From assembly GCF_006345805.1 (NCBI RefSeq), contig NC_042998.1:82832001-82896000 (forward strand): DNA of 64,000 nucleotides, given 5' to 3'. Positions 10,853 through 24,013 of the stretch are shown here, in pieces (position 1 is the first letter of the stretch; the number at the start of each line of letters is the position of its first letter). A model generated the notes under the pieces. That model did not search any database and was not told where the DNA came from. It saw only the letters and a list, made by a program, of their open reading frames with translations. Made by a program: the position numbers and the translations under genes. This stretch comes from Octopus sinensis. Its lineage: Eukaryota.

Positions 10853-11348
10853 AACAACAAACAAGATCAAGACAAATATCCGTCAAATGTAAATAATATA
10901 AATAATGTTAGATATGAGAAGATTATATTAATGATTTGAATCGTCCACCCAGTTATATCCCATCAGCCTGGTTTTCCATCTGCCACATACTACTGTTCAT
11001 TACTGGTATTAACACATGGACTTACAACCATAAACTACGTCATGCACCTCCTGCTAATCCTTTTCTCTTCTCTCATACTAATCCCCACATCCCCTAACAT
11101 GAAGCTGAACCACCACCTAACCCAGGGCTTATAGTCCGGCGAACTGCATGGTGACCACAATAGTGCAGCTCACATAAGAAAAGTACTTAGTCCACATTTC
11201 AGAGTGGTTAGCATTAGGAAGAGTATCCAGTCATAAAAACCATACTAATAAGTATTAATCAAGTACTAGGGTCAATGTAATCGACTTACTCCATTCCCAA
11301 AATTGCTGACCTTGTGCGAAAATTTGAAACAATTATTATTATTATTAT

Positions 11349-11560
11349 TACCTCTGCCTTAGCAAAGGCAGAGGTATTGCTTTCAGTCATGTTTGTATGC
11401 TTGTTTGTCCATGAATAAAATATCTCGAGAACCACTGGATGGATTCAGATAAAACCTTCAGTGATGTTTGGCCTTGTAACTGGTACTGTCTCATTAGATT
11501 TTGGGATCGATCCAGTACTGGACAAGGATTCTGGATAATTTTTCTGACTTTTTTTTACTT
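11349..11560 (+). mobile_element. Non-autonomous element with 5' hairpin (Helitron/HINE-like)
   Basis: Perfect 12-bp stem TACCTCTGCCTT/AAGGCAGAGGTA, then GTTTGTATGCTTGTTTGTC and AGATTTTGGGATCGATCC. Confidence 0.5.
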
Positions 11561-11914
11561 TACATGCATATATAAACTTTCACATAGTTCTCTTGTACAT
11601 GCACACACATACACATATACTCACATATTTTCAGCATTGAACATTACCATCCCTTTTACACACACATATACTCACACTTCAAATGCCATTTATCAGCTTT
11701 TTTGCTCCTTCCTTCGTTATTCATCTATCACCCCTTCCTTTCTCATTCATACCATGCTCTCTTTGCCACTTCATTTCATCTTTGTCATTGTCATTACTTT
11801 CTCTGACTCCCTCTCAGTCATGGGTAATATTCTTACTACCTCTCCTTCACTGTATTAGTATTCCATCTCTTTCCCCTTCACCTCTCACTAAGTATATATA
11901 TATTTGTATTATAT

Positions 11915-12037
11915 TTTCATTCAAGACCAGTCAGGTTCATTTTTAGTATTCTCGTTTGTGAGAGCAGTCGAGTTTATTTCAGATATTCTCATTTTTAAAA
12001 TCATCTCTGGCTGATCATTGAGAGGATGTTGGTGTTG
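11915..12037 (+). repeat. ~120-bp repeat; inverted partner at 13963-14085
   Basis: GAGAGCAGTCGAGTTTATTTCAGATATTCTCATTTTTAAAATCATC matches the reverse complement of 13963-14085. Confidence 0.8.
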
Positions 12038-12045
12038 GTGGAGGA

Positions 12046-12084
<39 letters not shown>

Positions 12085-12567
12085 GAGTGAGAGTGACACT
12101 GGGGTAAAATATACAAAACCCAGTATATCCATCATGACTACGTGTCTGATAAGAGTACACTAGGCACATGCATCACAACCATATGTGTGTGACATGGTGA
12201 TCTCATATCAAGATAAATAGTGCATGACCTTGCTGATGGGACCCAGTTAAAATTTTCTTCTGGTTGAGTAGCCCATCCCACTCAAAAGGTCCCTGAATAA
12301 AGATTGTTTAAGGATGTTGAACGAACCACCCATATTTCTAGGGGCGAATTATCCAAACCTTTAAGAATTTCTTTCAACACACAGCTATGATGCTCCCCAC
12401 TACTTCTGCTTGTGATCAGAGATGCACATATTGTCAGCCACTAAGGGACATGCAGTCCACTGTCTGGTACTGCATCAGGGCAGACCACTATCACAGCTTA
12501 TCAATGCTTAGTGGTATTTCTGCTGACTTTATGTTCTCAGCTGAAACGCCTTTCATCTTTACAGGGT

Positions 12568-12950
12568 CATCATCATCATCATCATCATCATCATTTAATG
12601 TCTGCTTTCCATGCTGGCATGGGTTAGACTGTTTGACTGAGGGCTGGCAAGCCAGAAGGCTGCACCAGGCTCCAATCTGATCTGGCAAAGTTTCTACAGC
12701 TGGATGCCCTTCCTAACACCGACCACTCCAAGAGTGTAGTGGGTACCTTTTACATGCCGGTGGCATGAGGGCCAGTTAGGCGGTACTAGCAATGACCACG
12801 CTTGTTTGGTGCTTTTTACGTGCCACTGGCATGGGAGCCAGTCAGGCAGCACTGGCAAAGACCATGCTCGAATGGTGCTTTTTACATGCCACCAGCATGG
12901 GTACCGGTCAGCTAGTACTAGCCTCGACTGACACTGGCATCAAAAAAATT
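12568..12950 (-). mobile_element. SINE family C copy
   Basis: (CAT)n then TTTAATGTCTGCTTTCCATGCTGGC...GGATGCCCTTCCTAAC. Confidence 0.8.
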
Positions 12951-14502
12951 CCATTTGATCATTGGGCTCAATGTAATCAACTTACCCCCTCCCCACGAAG
13001 TAGCTGGCTTTGTGCCCAAATTTGAAACCAATATTTTTATCATAATTAGTTCCATTAACAACATAATTATTTGGAACATATTTTTTCCTATCATTTTAAG
13101 TGTACCATTTTCCTTTCACACCATAATTTCCTTGTTAGCAAGATAGGCTAATCAACTGATATCAAGCATAGTGAGGTGTCTCACTTTAGTTTGGTATCTG
13201 TGAAGGGAATAAATTGAATTATAAATTAGCAGTTAAGATTTTAATGTAAATGATATCTGCCATTATAAACACAGTTTGAGACAGAAACTGGCAGGCGATA
13301 AATGCATGATTTGATTGCCATCAATGGGTCTCATTTGGTTTTCTGCTTCTCAGTGAAGCTTATAATGTACAATAGCATTTACAGTGAAATCTTGACAGTT
13401 AACTGGTAATAAAATATGAGATTAATTTCTTTTGTCTGTCTGTGCTTGGTTAGAGAAGTGATGTTTAGGTGTAAAGCAAAGCAGCTACCTGTTTATGTAT
13501 ATAGCATATATCAAACTGGCATGACTCCACAATTTGAATGGTGCTGATGATCTTATCTTAAGATCCAATACTAGAGAGTCAATTCAGAACATGGGGCCTT
13601 ATGCCAGTGAGGGAGCTGCAGCACTGTGAAGCTTTTAAGAACAAGGCACCAAAATGGTATGCATTCTTCCCTAATAACCATTGAAATCTACTGGCATCTG
13701 GTACATGGAGTATTCAATTGACAGCTCTCACACAAGCAACCTGCTTGCAAGTTTCACTTTAGGAGATGATGGGAAATTGAGATATAAGGAACATGCTTAA
13801 AGGGAATTATATCATAAATGAAATGAAATATTTTCAACCAGATATTGAAGCTATATTGCATAATCAGTCCATTAAGTACTTACTTCAGCTCAATAACACT
13901 CTTCCCATACAAAATGTAAATATAAACAAGAGCACACAGAGAGCACAAACCTCTGCCAACACAACACCAATCTCCTCTCAACGATTAACAGAAGATGATT
14001 TTTAAAATGAGAATATCTGAAATAAAATCGACTGCTCTCACAAATGAGAATACTGAAAATGAACCCGATCGTTCTCAAATGAAAAATAATCCATATACCT
14101 TGAGCAGTACCTAATCGATCTTAATGGAAATCATAGATTGTGCAAGCTGGTGTGCAGGCCATGTTTGTAATGCTGTGTGTGTGTCATTTGGGTAATGAAA
14201 ATGTTTGCATGACTTGAGCATGTTTGCATGTCGATGAGTCTTTGGGAGTCACTATATAAAAGTTTTGGAAACATTAGTTGAAATACAACAGGAACTTTGG
14301 AAAAGAAACGTAATTGAACATAAAAATCATAGTTGTAATGAAATGCATACTGTATTGTGGTTTTAAATTCAGTCTTCCGTTAGTAATCCTGTTGTTTTAG
14401 ATCGATGTGTAGAATTATGTATATATATGTACGTATACTGTAAAGAGTAAAAATGTATGTATAATCACCTAATATAATAATGAGTGTTGCCTTTTATATG
14501 TT

Positions 14503-14534
<32 letters not shown>

Positions 14535-14537
<3 letters not shown>

Positions 14538-14762
14538 CTTTACTACCCACAAGGGGCTAAACACAGAGGGGACAAACAAGGACAGACAAAGGGATGAAGT
14601 CGATTACATCGACCCCAGTGTGTAACTGGTACTTAATTTATCGACCCCGAAAGGATGAAAGGCAAAGTCGACCTCGGCGGAATTTGAACTCGGAACGTAA
14701 CGACAGACGAAATACGGCTACGCAGGTCGCCCGGCGTGTTAACGTTTCTGCCAGCTCACCGC
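14535..14762 (-). mobile_element. SINE family B, young copy
   Basis: TTTATCGACCCCGAAAGGATGAAAGGCAAAGTCGACCTCGGCGG with CpGs intact. Confidence 0.85.
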
Positions 14763-14777
14763 TATATATATATATAG

Positions 14778-15190
14778 GCATAGGAGTGGCTGTGTGGTAA
14801 GTAGCTTGCTTACGAACCACATGGTTCCGGGTTCAGTCCCACTGTGTGGCACCTTGGGCAAGTGTCTCCTACTATAGCCTCGAGCCGACCAAAGCCTTGT
14901 GAGTGGATTTGGTAGACGGGAACTGAAAGAAGATCATTGTATATATGTATATATATATATATATATGTGTGTGTATATGTTTGTGTGTGTGTTTGTCCCC
15001 CCAACATCGCTTGACAACCGATGCTGGTGAGTTTACGTCCCCGTAACTTAGCGGTTTGGCAAAAAAGACCAATAGAATAAGTGCTAGGCTTACAAAAAGA
15101 AAGTCTTGGGGGTTTAGTCTTGCTCGACTAAAAAGGTGGTGCTCCAGCATGGCCACAGTCAAATGACTGAAACAAGTAAAAGAGTAAGAG
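14778..15190 (+). mobile_element. SINE family A, full length
   Basis: GCATAGGAGTGGCTGTGTGGTAAG...GACTGAAACAAGTAAAAGAG. Confidence 0.9.
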
Positions 15191-15500
15191 TATATATGTA
15201 TATATATATATGTATATACACACACACACATATATATATATACACACATATATATACACACACATATATATATATATATATTTGTATATATATATATCGT
15301 TACCAGTGTCGCCTTACTGGCACTTTTGCTGGTGGCATGTGAAAAAATACTTGAGTGAGGTCATCTTAACTTCTTGGAGATTTTAGGTATATTATACTAA
15401 TGTGTCCATCTGTTCTAAATTAATTAGATTCTGTATCTTTGTGCAGCTGAGGATTGCTTTGCATTTTAAATTGATGTAATGATCATGCTGCATTACCTAG

Positions 15501-15805
15501 CACTAGTAAATCCAAAAGGTTTCAACCACAAAAATACATGTTTCCCATGAAAGTCAGTACGATTGTTAGCTCACACGAACAGGGCAAATAAAAAATAACA
15601 AAAATACAGAGTTTTGGCTGAGGAGCTATAAGTGAGTTTTTTGTGAGTAAAATTACATTTGATTCATTAATAGCGAAACAATTGTCCCAAAATAATCTGT
15701 ATTTTTGTTATTTTTTATTTGCCCTGTTCGTGTGAGCTAACAATCGTACTGACTTTCATGGGAAACATGTATTTTTGTGGTTGAAACCTTTTGGATTTAC
15801 TAGTG
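15501..15805. mobile_element. MITE with perfect 110-bp TIRs, CAC...GTG termini, flanked by CTAG (CMC/Chapaev-like)
   Basis: 15497-15610 is the exact reverse complement of 15696-15809, with an 85-bp spacer. Confidence 0.8.
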
Positions 15806-15970
15806 CTAGAGTGAGCCACATAGTGACCACTCTCTTATATTTATTTTTGTATAAAATATTATAATATGTTATAAAATATTATAATAATCCAGGTTTCTCG
15901 GGGCACTGGGCCACTTGGTGTTGAATAGGTATACTATTAAATTAGTATCTAATTCTCTCACCCTTATTAA

Positions 15971-16014
<44 letters not shown>

Positions 16015-16046
16015 ATGTATATGTGTATATATATATATAATATATG

Positions 16047-16096
<50 letters not shown>

Positions 16097-17637
16097 TGCA
16101 TACATATACATATACATATATGTAGATGCATATATTCATGCATTTTAAACACGTGGACAGGCATGCAAACATATATACAGAAATAAAACCTAACACACAC
16201 ACACATGGATAGGGTGAAGGGGACAGAGAGAGTTCACTGAATTATTATTATTTCACTGTGCTGTATTTGGAAAATGCAAACCTGGCATGGTGGCAACATC
16301 TTGGTATTTTCTCAGCATGCTTGTTTACCAAGTTTTTGTTTCTTAACAGGATGTACAAGTCTTCCTCAAGGCACAAGTCACATACACTAGATAATATATT
16401 ATTGGGTATACATTTTTTATTATTGACCCTTTTATTTCAAATTCTATTTTTCCTTCTTTTAATCTCCATATTATGTCTGCTAGTGATATTATGTGTCACC
16501 AGCTTATCTTTCAGAATGAGGAGACATGGTAACAATAATGGGCCTTTAAATGGTTTTTGCAGGCTCCTATGTATGCATATTTATGCTGTGGCATGGTGAT
16601 TGTGCATTTGTATGTGATATTTTTTTGCATGCAATGGTTCCTGGGTGGTCATACAGATTTCATGCAGCAGCTGCAATGATTTGCACTATTATTATTTTTG
16701 TAGTTATTTGGTGACTTTGTGTTTGTGTGATTTTCCAGTTGATTAACAGTTTCTGAAGTTTAAGTACCTACATATATATGTGTGTGTACATGTGTGTGTG
16801 TGTACACTCACGTGTACATATAGACTGATTCTTAAAGGTCAGCTAAGGACAATCGCATGTATAACCAACCATGAAGAACAAATCAACAGTACAGAGAAAT
16901 CAAATGCCAATCCCTTTAAAACAGCAACCACTTTAACAGTAGCAGAATCACCATCCTCTACATCCACACATTCAAAGCAGTTTCTTAATGGTCCTTGAAC
17001 AACAGCACACCTTGATAAATTCAGTGACTACTACTAAATTCATGCCACAACAGACACAGAGGATGTTCTGAAAGCTGGGAATCTGAACTTACAGAAAAAA
17101 TATTTACATATCACCTGAGGTAACACAACTAGATCTATAATGCAGGGAAACAGTTGCATAATCAATTACCTGCGTGCCTGGTGAACTATGTTGCATAGAA
17201 ACAATTGCAGTGATTAAAAAATAAATGTACTTAAAAAATAAATATTCCTTTTTGTTGACTCCATATGTTTTCAATATCCTGTTTTTGTTATCACTTTTAC
17301 CTCTCCGCAAAAAATCCCAAATTTCATTTAATTTGCTTTGCGGGAAGGACTGTTTCAACAAAGTTGTGTCTCGCCCTTACCTTCGAAACACAGAGTAAAC
17401 GAAGCAGGGGTGGCTGAAGAAGGGAAATTTTCCTTGTGTTGTATGTTTTGTACTCTGTTTTTTCATTGTTTAAAAAAATGTTCGTTTCCATGGTTTTGTT
17501 TTTATGTTTTCGTTTCTCATTGTGTTTGACGTCTTTTTGGTTTCCTGTACCCATATATGCATGTATATATACATATAGATGTAGGTACGTACATATATAT
17601 ATATATATATATACACGTATATATACTTATATATCTA

Positions 17638-17697
<60 letters not shown>

Positions 17698-17765
17698 CAT
17701 ATATATATATATACATATGTGTATATATATATACATGTATATATATATATATATAGATAATATAT

Positions 17766-17870
17766 TTCTGTTTTATTTCTGTAATTATTTCTGTAATTAT
17801 TTCTGTAATTATTTCTGTAATTATTCTGTAATTATTTCTGTAATTTATTTCTGTAATTATTTCTGTTTTA
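17766..17870. repeat. 12-bp minisatellite (TTCTGTAATTAT)n at the LINE 5' junction
   Basis: About 6-7 units read directly. Confidence 0.85.
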
Positions 17871-17879
17871 TTTCAAATT

Positions 17880-19345
17880 CACTCCCTTGCAGTGAATTAC
17901 CGTCCGATCTCACTCACCTCTCATATCATCAAGGTATTTGAGAGGGTGGTGAGATCTCGAATAACCCAATTTCTGGAAAGCAACAGATGGCTGATCTCCA
18001 ACCAACATGGGTTCCGTAATGGAAGGGACTGCCTAACGCAGCTCCTGCATCACTTTGAGGACATTTTGAGAGCTTTGGGAGAGGGCTCCAACACCGATGT
18101 CATCTACCTTGATTTCAGTAAGGCCTTCGACAGGGTCGATCACAAGATCCTATTGAAAAAACTATCCAACATTGGTGTCTCTGGAAAGTTACTGAAATGG
18201 ATCAAGTGTTTCCTGACAGACAGATCTCAATATGTTGTAGTTGAAGGGGTAAAATCAAGCCCAGCCAAAGTCAGTAGTGGCGTTCCGCAAGGCACTGTGC
18301 TGGGCCCACTTCTTTTCATCATTTACATTAATGACATTAATGACATCATCAAGCACAGCAACATAAAAATCTTTGCAGATGACTCCAAGCTACAGAAGGT
18401 CATAAATGAGGCGAGTGACCGGACATGCCTTCAGTCAGATCTACTGGCTGTTATCCAATGGGCAGAAAAAAACAATATGCTGCTGAACGAGGATAAATTT
18501 GAGCTAATCCACTTTGGAAAAGAGGATGCCCTGAAACTCCCATACTCCCTTCCTTCAGGTGAAACTCTCGCGGCGTCCAACAACATCAGAGACTTGGGAG
18601 TAATTGTGGACAACAACATAAGCTGGGCCACTCATATAAACACCAAAGTTGACATGGCCCGCAGAATGTGTTCCTGGATTCTCAGAACTTTCCAGTCGAG
18701 AGATATCCACACCATTATCCTTCTCTTCTCCACTTTTGCCCGACCCCACCTTGAATACTGTTGTCCACTGTGGTCTCCCCACACAATACAAGGTATCATA
18801 AAAGTTGAAGCATCTCAAAGGGCAATCACAAAAAAGATAGATGGCATGACAGGCCTCGACTATTGGGGTCGACTACAAAAGCTAAAACTCTATTCTCTCC
18901 AACGTCGTCGTGAGCGCTACATCATCTGCATGATGTGGAAAATATTCCATCAGCATTGCCCAAATGATGTTGGCATCACCTTTAAGGTACATCCAAGGCT
19001 TGGGCCCCGTGCCATCCGCCCAAAACAAAAATCGCACTCTCATCTCATAACAACAATACGGCACAATTATTTCACCTCAATTGGCCCCGCTCTCTTTAAC
19101 ATTACACCAAAACACATTAAAACAGAAACTGACCCTATAGGGTTCAAGAAGTCTTGGACAGATTCCTTCAAGAAATCCCGGATAAACCCCCTACACCCGG
19201 ATATGTCTCTGTAAACAATAACTCTCTACTTGAGTGGGCCATAGTGCCCAAATTCTGACTTGAAAGACTTCACCAGGTGGTGCTATTAAGTTAGACATGG
19301 CCTGGGCCAATAATGGCCGAAACCTAAAATATCAAAGTAAAGTAT
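17880..19345 (+). mobile_element. 5'-truncated CR1-group LINE with reverse transcriptase ORF (17892-19214, one frameshift near the C-terminus)
   Basis: [61 protein letters not shown]; the true C-terminus LDRFLQEIPDKPPTPGY...KF* is in another frame. Confidence 0.95.
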
Positions 19346-19508
19346 ATACATACATATACATATATATATACATATATGTGTATATATATATATATATATA
19401 TACACATATATGTGTATATATATGTATAGATATATATACATATAAGTGTATATATATGTGTGTATATATATATGTGTACATATATATATATACATATATG
19501 TGTATATA

Positions 19509-19576
<68 letters not shown>

Positions 19577-20097
19577 TGTATGTATGTATGTATGTATGTA
19601 TATATTGATTCAACACTGCAAACTGCAGCAATCAGCGTGAGAAATAAACTCATACAGACGGTAGGTGCTATAGAGAGTAAAGATTTTATTGATTGATGAA
19701 AGTTTGTCAGCAGCGGCTGATGACATTCTTGTGTCATGTGATTTCATGGTGAATTGCAAATCCTCAGTAGCAGGCATCTAAGCATCGAATGCCAGATCAA
19801 AATCTGTCAAATAGATATATTGGCATTGACTAAACAGTCAGAAATATCCCAAAAGACTGGCAGGCTGTGTATAAATTTACTAGTAGCAATAGAAGCAGCT
19901 TTTTTCAAATGAATATTAATTAGCACATCTAATTTAAATTTGGTGTGTTATTTTGATTAGCACAGACTGTGGTAATCATCCTGTGAAATCATCTCAATAG
20001 AGATGTTATGTGCTATAAAAAGCAAAGATTCTATCAATTGACAAAATTTCATCAGCACCAGCAGATGACACTGCCATATGGAAACAGGGACATCAAA

Positions 20098-20535
20098 ATG
20101 ATGATGATGATGATGATGACAACGACAACAACGAGGATGAGGAGAGGGATATTGACAGGGAGGAGAGGATGGTGGTGAAGGAAGAAATGGAGATGGGGAA
20201 AGGGAGGACTTGAGGGAGGAGGTGAGTGGAGGGTGGTTGTGGTGTTGGCAGTGCCAGTGATGATGATGAAGATGATGACATTGACAGTGATGATAGTTGT
20301 GGGAGGGAGGCTGTGGGAGTGGCAGTGGTGTTGGTGTTGATGGTATCAGAGCAGTGACATTGTGGTAAGAAATGACTGTACAAATGGTGGTGGTGGTGGT
20401 AAAGCTAATGCTGCTGCTGATGCTGGTACTGGTGATGCCAATAATGATGATGATGATGATGATGACGACGACGACCACGATGCTGATGATGAAAATGACA
20501 ACAACGACTACAATGATACTGAAGATGATGATGAC
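20098..20535. repeat. Degenerate (GAT/GAC/GGT)n low-complexity tract
   Basis: Direct reading. Confidence 0.9.
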
Positions 20536-21026
20536 TACCTTTGCAAGTGAAGTTGCTTCAAAAAAAAATTCAAATTTAGTGAGAATTCACTTCATCAGAA
20601 ACCTATATACCGTTCCACAAAAAAAGCACTAAGTAAGATGTTATTACAAATAGTCAAGATTAAGTATTGAAAGATAGTATTGTGGCAAAGTTCGAACATT
20701 GCTTGGTAAAATAAATATATTTTTTGAATATTAAAATACTTGGGTTATAAATAATGCAGCAAGTAGGAAAATGATATGGCAACTGAAGAGAAATATATTA
20801 TTTAAACATTTCATGCATAATATACATACTTACACATATATGTGTGCGTATACATACTGCATACATACATACTAAATATATATATATATAATATATGTGC
20901 ATGCTTATGTATGAATGTAATATATATATATATATTACATACATATATACATGCACATATAATTATATACACTACAAAAATATACATATGTATGCTACAT
21001 ACATGTATGTATATATATATATATAT

Positions 21027-21062
<36 letters not shown>

Positions 21063-21110
21063 ATAGATAGGTAGGTAGGTAGGTAGGTAGATACATAGAT
21101 AGACAGATAA

Positions 21111-21145
<35 letters not shown>

Positions 21146-21167
21146 TACAGAGATAGAGAGATACATA

Positions 21168-21567
21168 TACTCTTTTACTCTTTTACTTGTTTCAGTCATT
21201 TGACTGCGGCCATGCTGGAGCACCGCCTTTAGTCGAACAAATCGACCTCGGGACTTATTCTTTGTAAGCCCAGTACTTATTCTATAGGTCTCTTTTTGCC
21301 GAACCGCTAGGTGACAGGGACGTAAACACACCAGCATCGGTTGTCAAGCAATGCTAGGGGGACAAACACAGACACACAAACACACACATACATATATATA
21401 TACGACAGGCTTCTTTCAGTTTCCGTCTACCAAATCCACTCACAAGGCATTGGTCGGCCCGGGGCTATAGCAGAAGACACTTGCCCAAGGTGCCACGCAG
21501 TGGGACTGAACCCGGAACCATGAGGTTGGTTAGCAAGCTACTTACCACACAGCCACTCCTGCGCCTA
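21168..21567 (-). mobile_element. SINE family A, young full-length copy
   Basis: Close reverse complement of 7815-8215. Confidence 0.9.
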
Positions 21568-21981
21568 TATATGAATATATATATAAAAACACACACACAT
21601 ACATATTACATACATTCATACATGCAAACATACAAGCAGACAAAAGAATGATCACTTTTATTTATGGATATGGTGATGGAATGATTGTGTATCAATGTTT
21701 TTTTTTGTCTGTATTTTTTCTTTTTCCCAGCTTTGGTTTTAATATAACCAGAACACTGATTTCTTTTCATAGTCTCAACACAACCAACAAGAGAATAAGA
21801 TTTAAAAGCTTAAAAAACAAAGGAGGAGGAGGAGGAGGTGAACAGTAGTAAGAATTCCTTTTTCAATCAATGTGAAAGTCACGTGAAAACATTACACAAA
21901 AGCTAAACTTTTAATATAAGTTGCAGACAATATTAAGTAAAAAGAAAAATGAGGACAAGATAAAGTATGTGAGTGTGTGTG

Positions 21982-22020
<39 letters not shown>

Positions 22021-22091
22021 ATGAATGTATGTATGTATGCACGTATGTATGTAATACATATATCTCTCTTCCTCTTTATATATATATATCG

Positions 22092-22140
<49 letters not shown>

Positions 22141-22639
22141 GTATTATATATATATATATATATACATACTTATATATACACACATAGATACATACACACA
22201 CACATATATATTTGCATATGCATATATATATGTGTGTGTGTATTTGGTGTATACTGTTCCCAGTGTCATGAAAAGGGAAGAAGAATAAAAATTGATATCA
22301 TTTCTCAGAACTAACTGAAATATAGGTGAATGCATGTGTACATATGTATATATGTATGTATATATGTATGTATGTATGTAATGTATGTATGTATGTATGT
22401 ATGCATGTATGGAGTGTGTTATAGTAGAACGTGTTATTGGTAGGTGAATGATATTTGAGATGAATTCCATCCATGTGCCAGAGAGCAAAATAACATAACA
22501 GACTTTATACTTTCTTTGTTATTTCAATAATAATAATAAAAGTGCTGATGTTGGCTGAGTTAACCATACTGGTACTGGACGAGAAACAACAGAATAGAAA
22601 ACTATTGGAATACCCATTTCCTCAGATGGAAAAAAACAT

Positions 22640-22802
22640 AGGCACAGGAGTGGCTGTGTGGTAAGTAGCTTGCTTATCTACCACATGGTTCTGGGTTCAG
22701 TCCCACTGCATAGCACCTTGGGCAAATGTATTCTACTATAGCCTCGGGCTGACCAAAGCCTTGTGAGTGGATTTGGTAGACGGAAACTGAAAGAAGCCTG
22801 TC

Positions 22803-22895
<93 letters not shown>

Positions 22896-23030
22896 TCCCC
22901 CCACCACTATCGCTTGACAACCAATGCTGGTGTGTTTACGTCCCTGTAACTTAGCAGTTCAGCAAAAGTGACTAAAGGCGGTGCTACAGCATGGCTGCAG
23001 TCAGATGAGTGAAGCAAATAAAAGAGTTAA
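22640..23030 (+). mobile_element. SINE family A with long internal (TG)n
   Basis: Head at 22640; (TG)n at 22815-22892. Confidence 0.85.
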
Positions 23031-23054
23031 AGAGATATTATCCTTCCCCTCCTC

Positions 23055-23200
23055 CTCCTCATCATCATTATCATCCTTGTTCTTTAACGTCCATTTTGTA
23101 TGTTGGCATGGGTTAGATGGTTTGACAGGAGCTGGCCAGCCTGGGCTACATTACTACTTTGGCATGGTTTTTATGGCTGGATGCCTTCTTAACACCCCAA
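23055..23200 (-). mobile_element. SINE family C fragment
   Basis: TTTAACGTCCATTTTG...GGATGCCTTCTTAAC. Confidence 0.6.
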
Positions 23201-23207
23201 GAATGTG

Positions 23208-23267
23208 TTCCCATGCTGGGAATTGAACCCAGGCCACCTGGGTGAAAACCAGAAATCCTAACCACTA
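23208..23267 (-). pseudogene. tRNA-Glu(TTC)-derived pseudogene or SINE head
   Basis: Minus strand TAGTGGTTAGGATTTCTGGTTTTCACCCAGGTGGCCTGGGTTCAATTCCCAGCATGGGAA closely resembles eukaryotic tRNA-Glu(TTC) from the D arm onward; the 5' acceptor strand is missing. Confidence 0.75.
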
Positions 23268-23956
23268 CATACATTCACATACACAAGAAAAGGCATACAC
23301 AATGGGCTTATGTATTCCTTTATTTGTACCTTTCTTGTATATCACTCTGAATGAAAGACCAGTTTAACTGGGAATGCATTCATAGATTACAAAACAGAAG
23401 GATGATAGACCATACAGGTAGGAAGGCTCCAAAAAGGGTCTTCGGGAGTAGTGTCCCTACCTTCTTGAGACAGTCTTCCATCACATTTCTTAAAAATCAT
23501 GGTAGAGGCCATAATCTTGGGACCACTGATGTCTAGAAACTGAGGTCAGGGGTAAGCAAGGGTATGCTCCCTGTAGAAAATCCAGCTCTGAAAAAGCCTC
23601 ATGACAGTAAAGAAGAATGTGCACCAGCCAGCTTAAAGGTTTGGGGTGGGCTGCACCTGCCTACCTCAGTTGCTATGGCATTGAGGTGAATTCAGCCACC
23701 CCTGTTAACAGGGACAAAACCCGGATTTAAAACACTGGATGATGATGATGATGATAAATGGTGAAGGACTATAATCTTGGAACCTGCTATAGACTTACAC
23801 AGAATTCTTTACCAATCTAAAACAATTCTGGGAGCATGATGTATTTGTATTAACCGAGAACTTATGAAAGTTGACAATCCTTCATTAATAACTCTTTATT
23901 CTTATATGTGTGCGTGTATGAATGTATGTATGTATAGATGTATACATACATATATA

Positions 23957-24008
<52 letters not shown>

Positions 24009-24013
<5 letters not shown>

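Noticed and set aside
13883-14012. Minus-strand exon-like segment with a perfect GTAAGT donor
   Set aside because: The acceptor lies inside a repeat and all three frames contain stops
14100-14500. Possible solo LTR (TATAAAAG and polyA-like motifs)
   Set aside because: No defined TG...CA ends, TSD or second copy visible
16780-16998. Ser/Thr-rich plus-strand ORF
   Set aside because: No recognisable domain or clear splice boundaries; length within chance expectation
17340-17430. GAAACAGTC and CTGAAGAAGG motifs suggesting a hammerhead
   Set aside because: Core and GAAA are not in a compatible order around a stem II
19290-19325. GGCC stem-loop followed by GAAAC in the LINE 3' UTR read as a hammerhead
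   Set aside because: No CUGANGA upstream; better explained as a LINE 3' recognition hairpin
20362-20550. Acidic poly-Asp ORF
   Set aside because: Part of a degenerate (GAT)n tract, with no flanking coding signal
20577-20598. Minus-strand CTGATGA followed by a 5-bp hairpin
   Set aside because: G12 of GAAA is absent, and there is no stem I/III or NUH site
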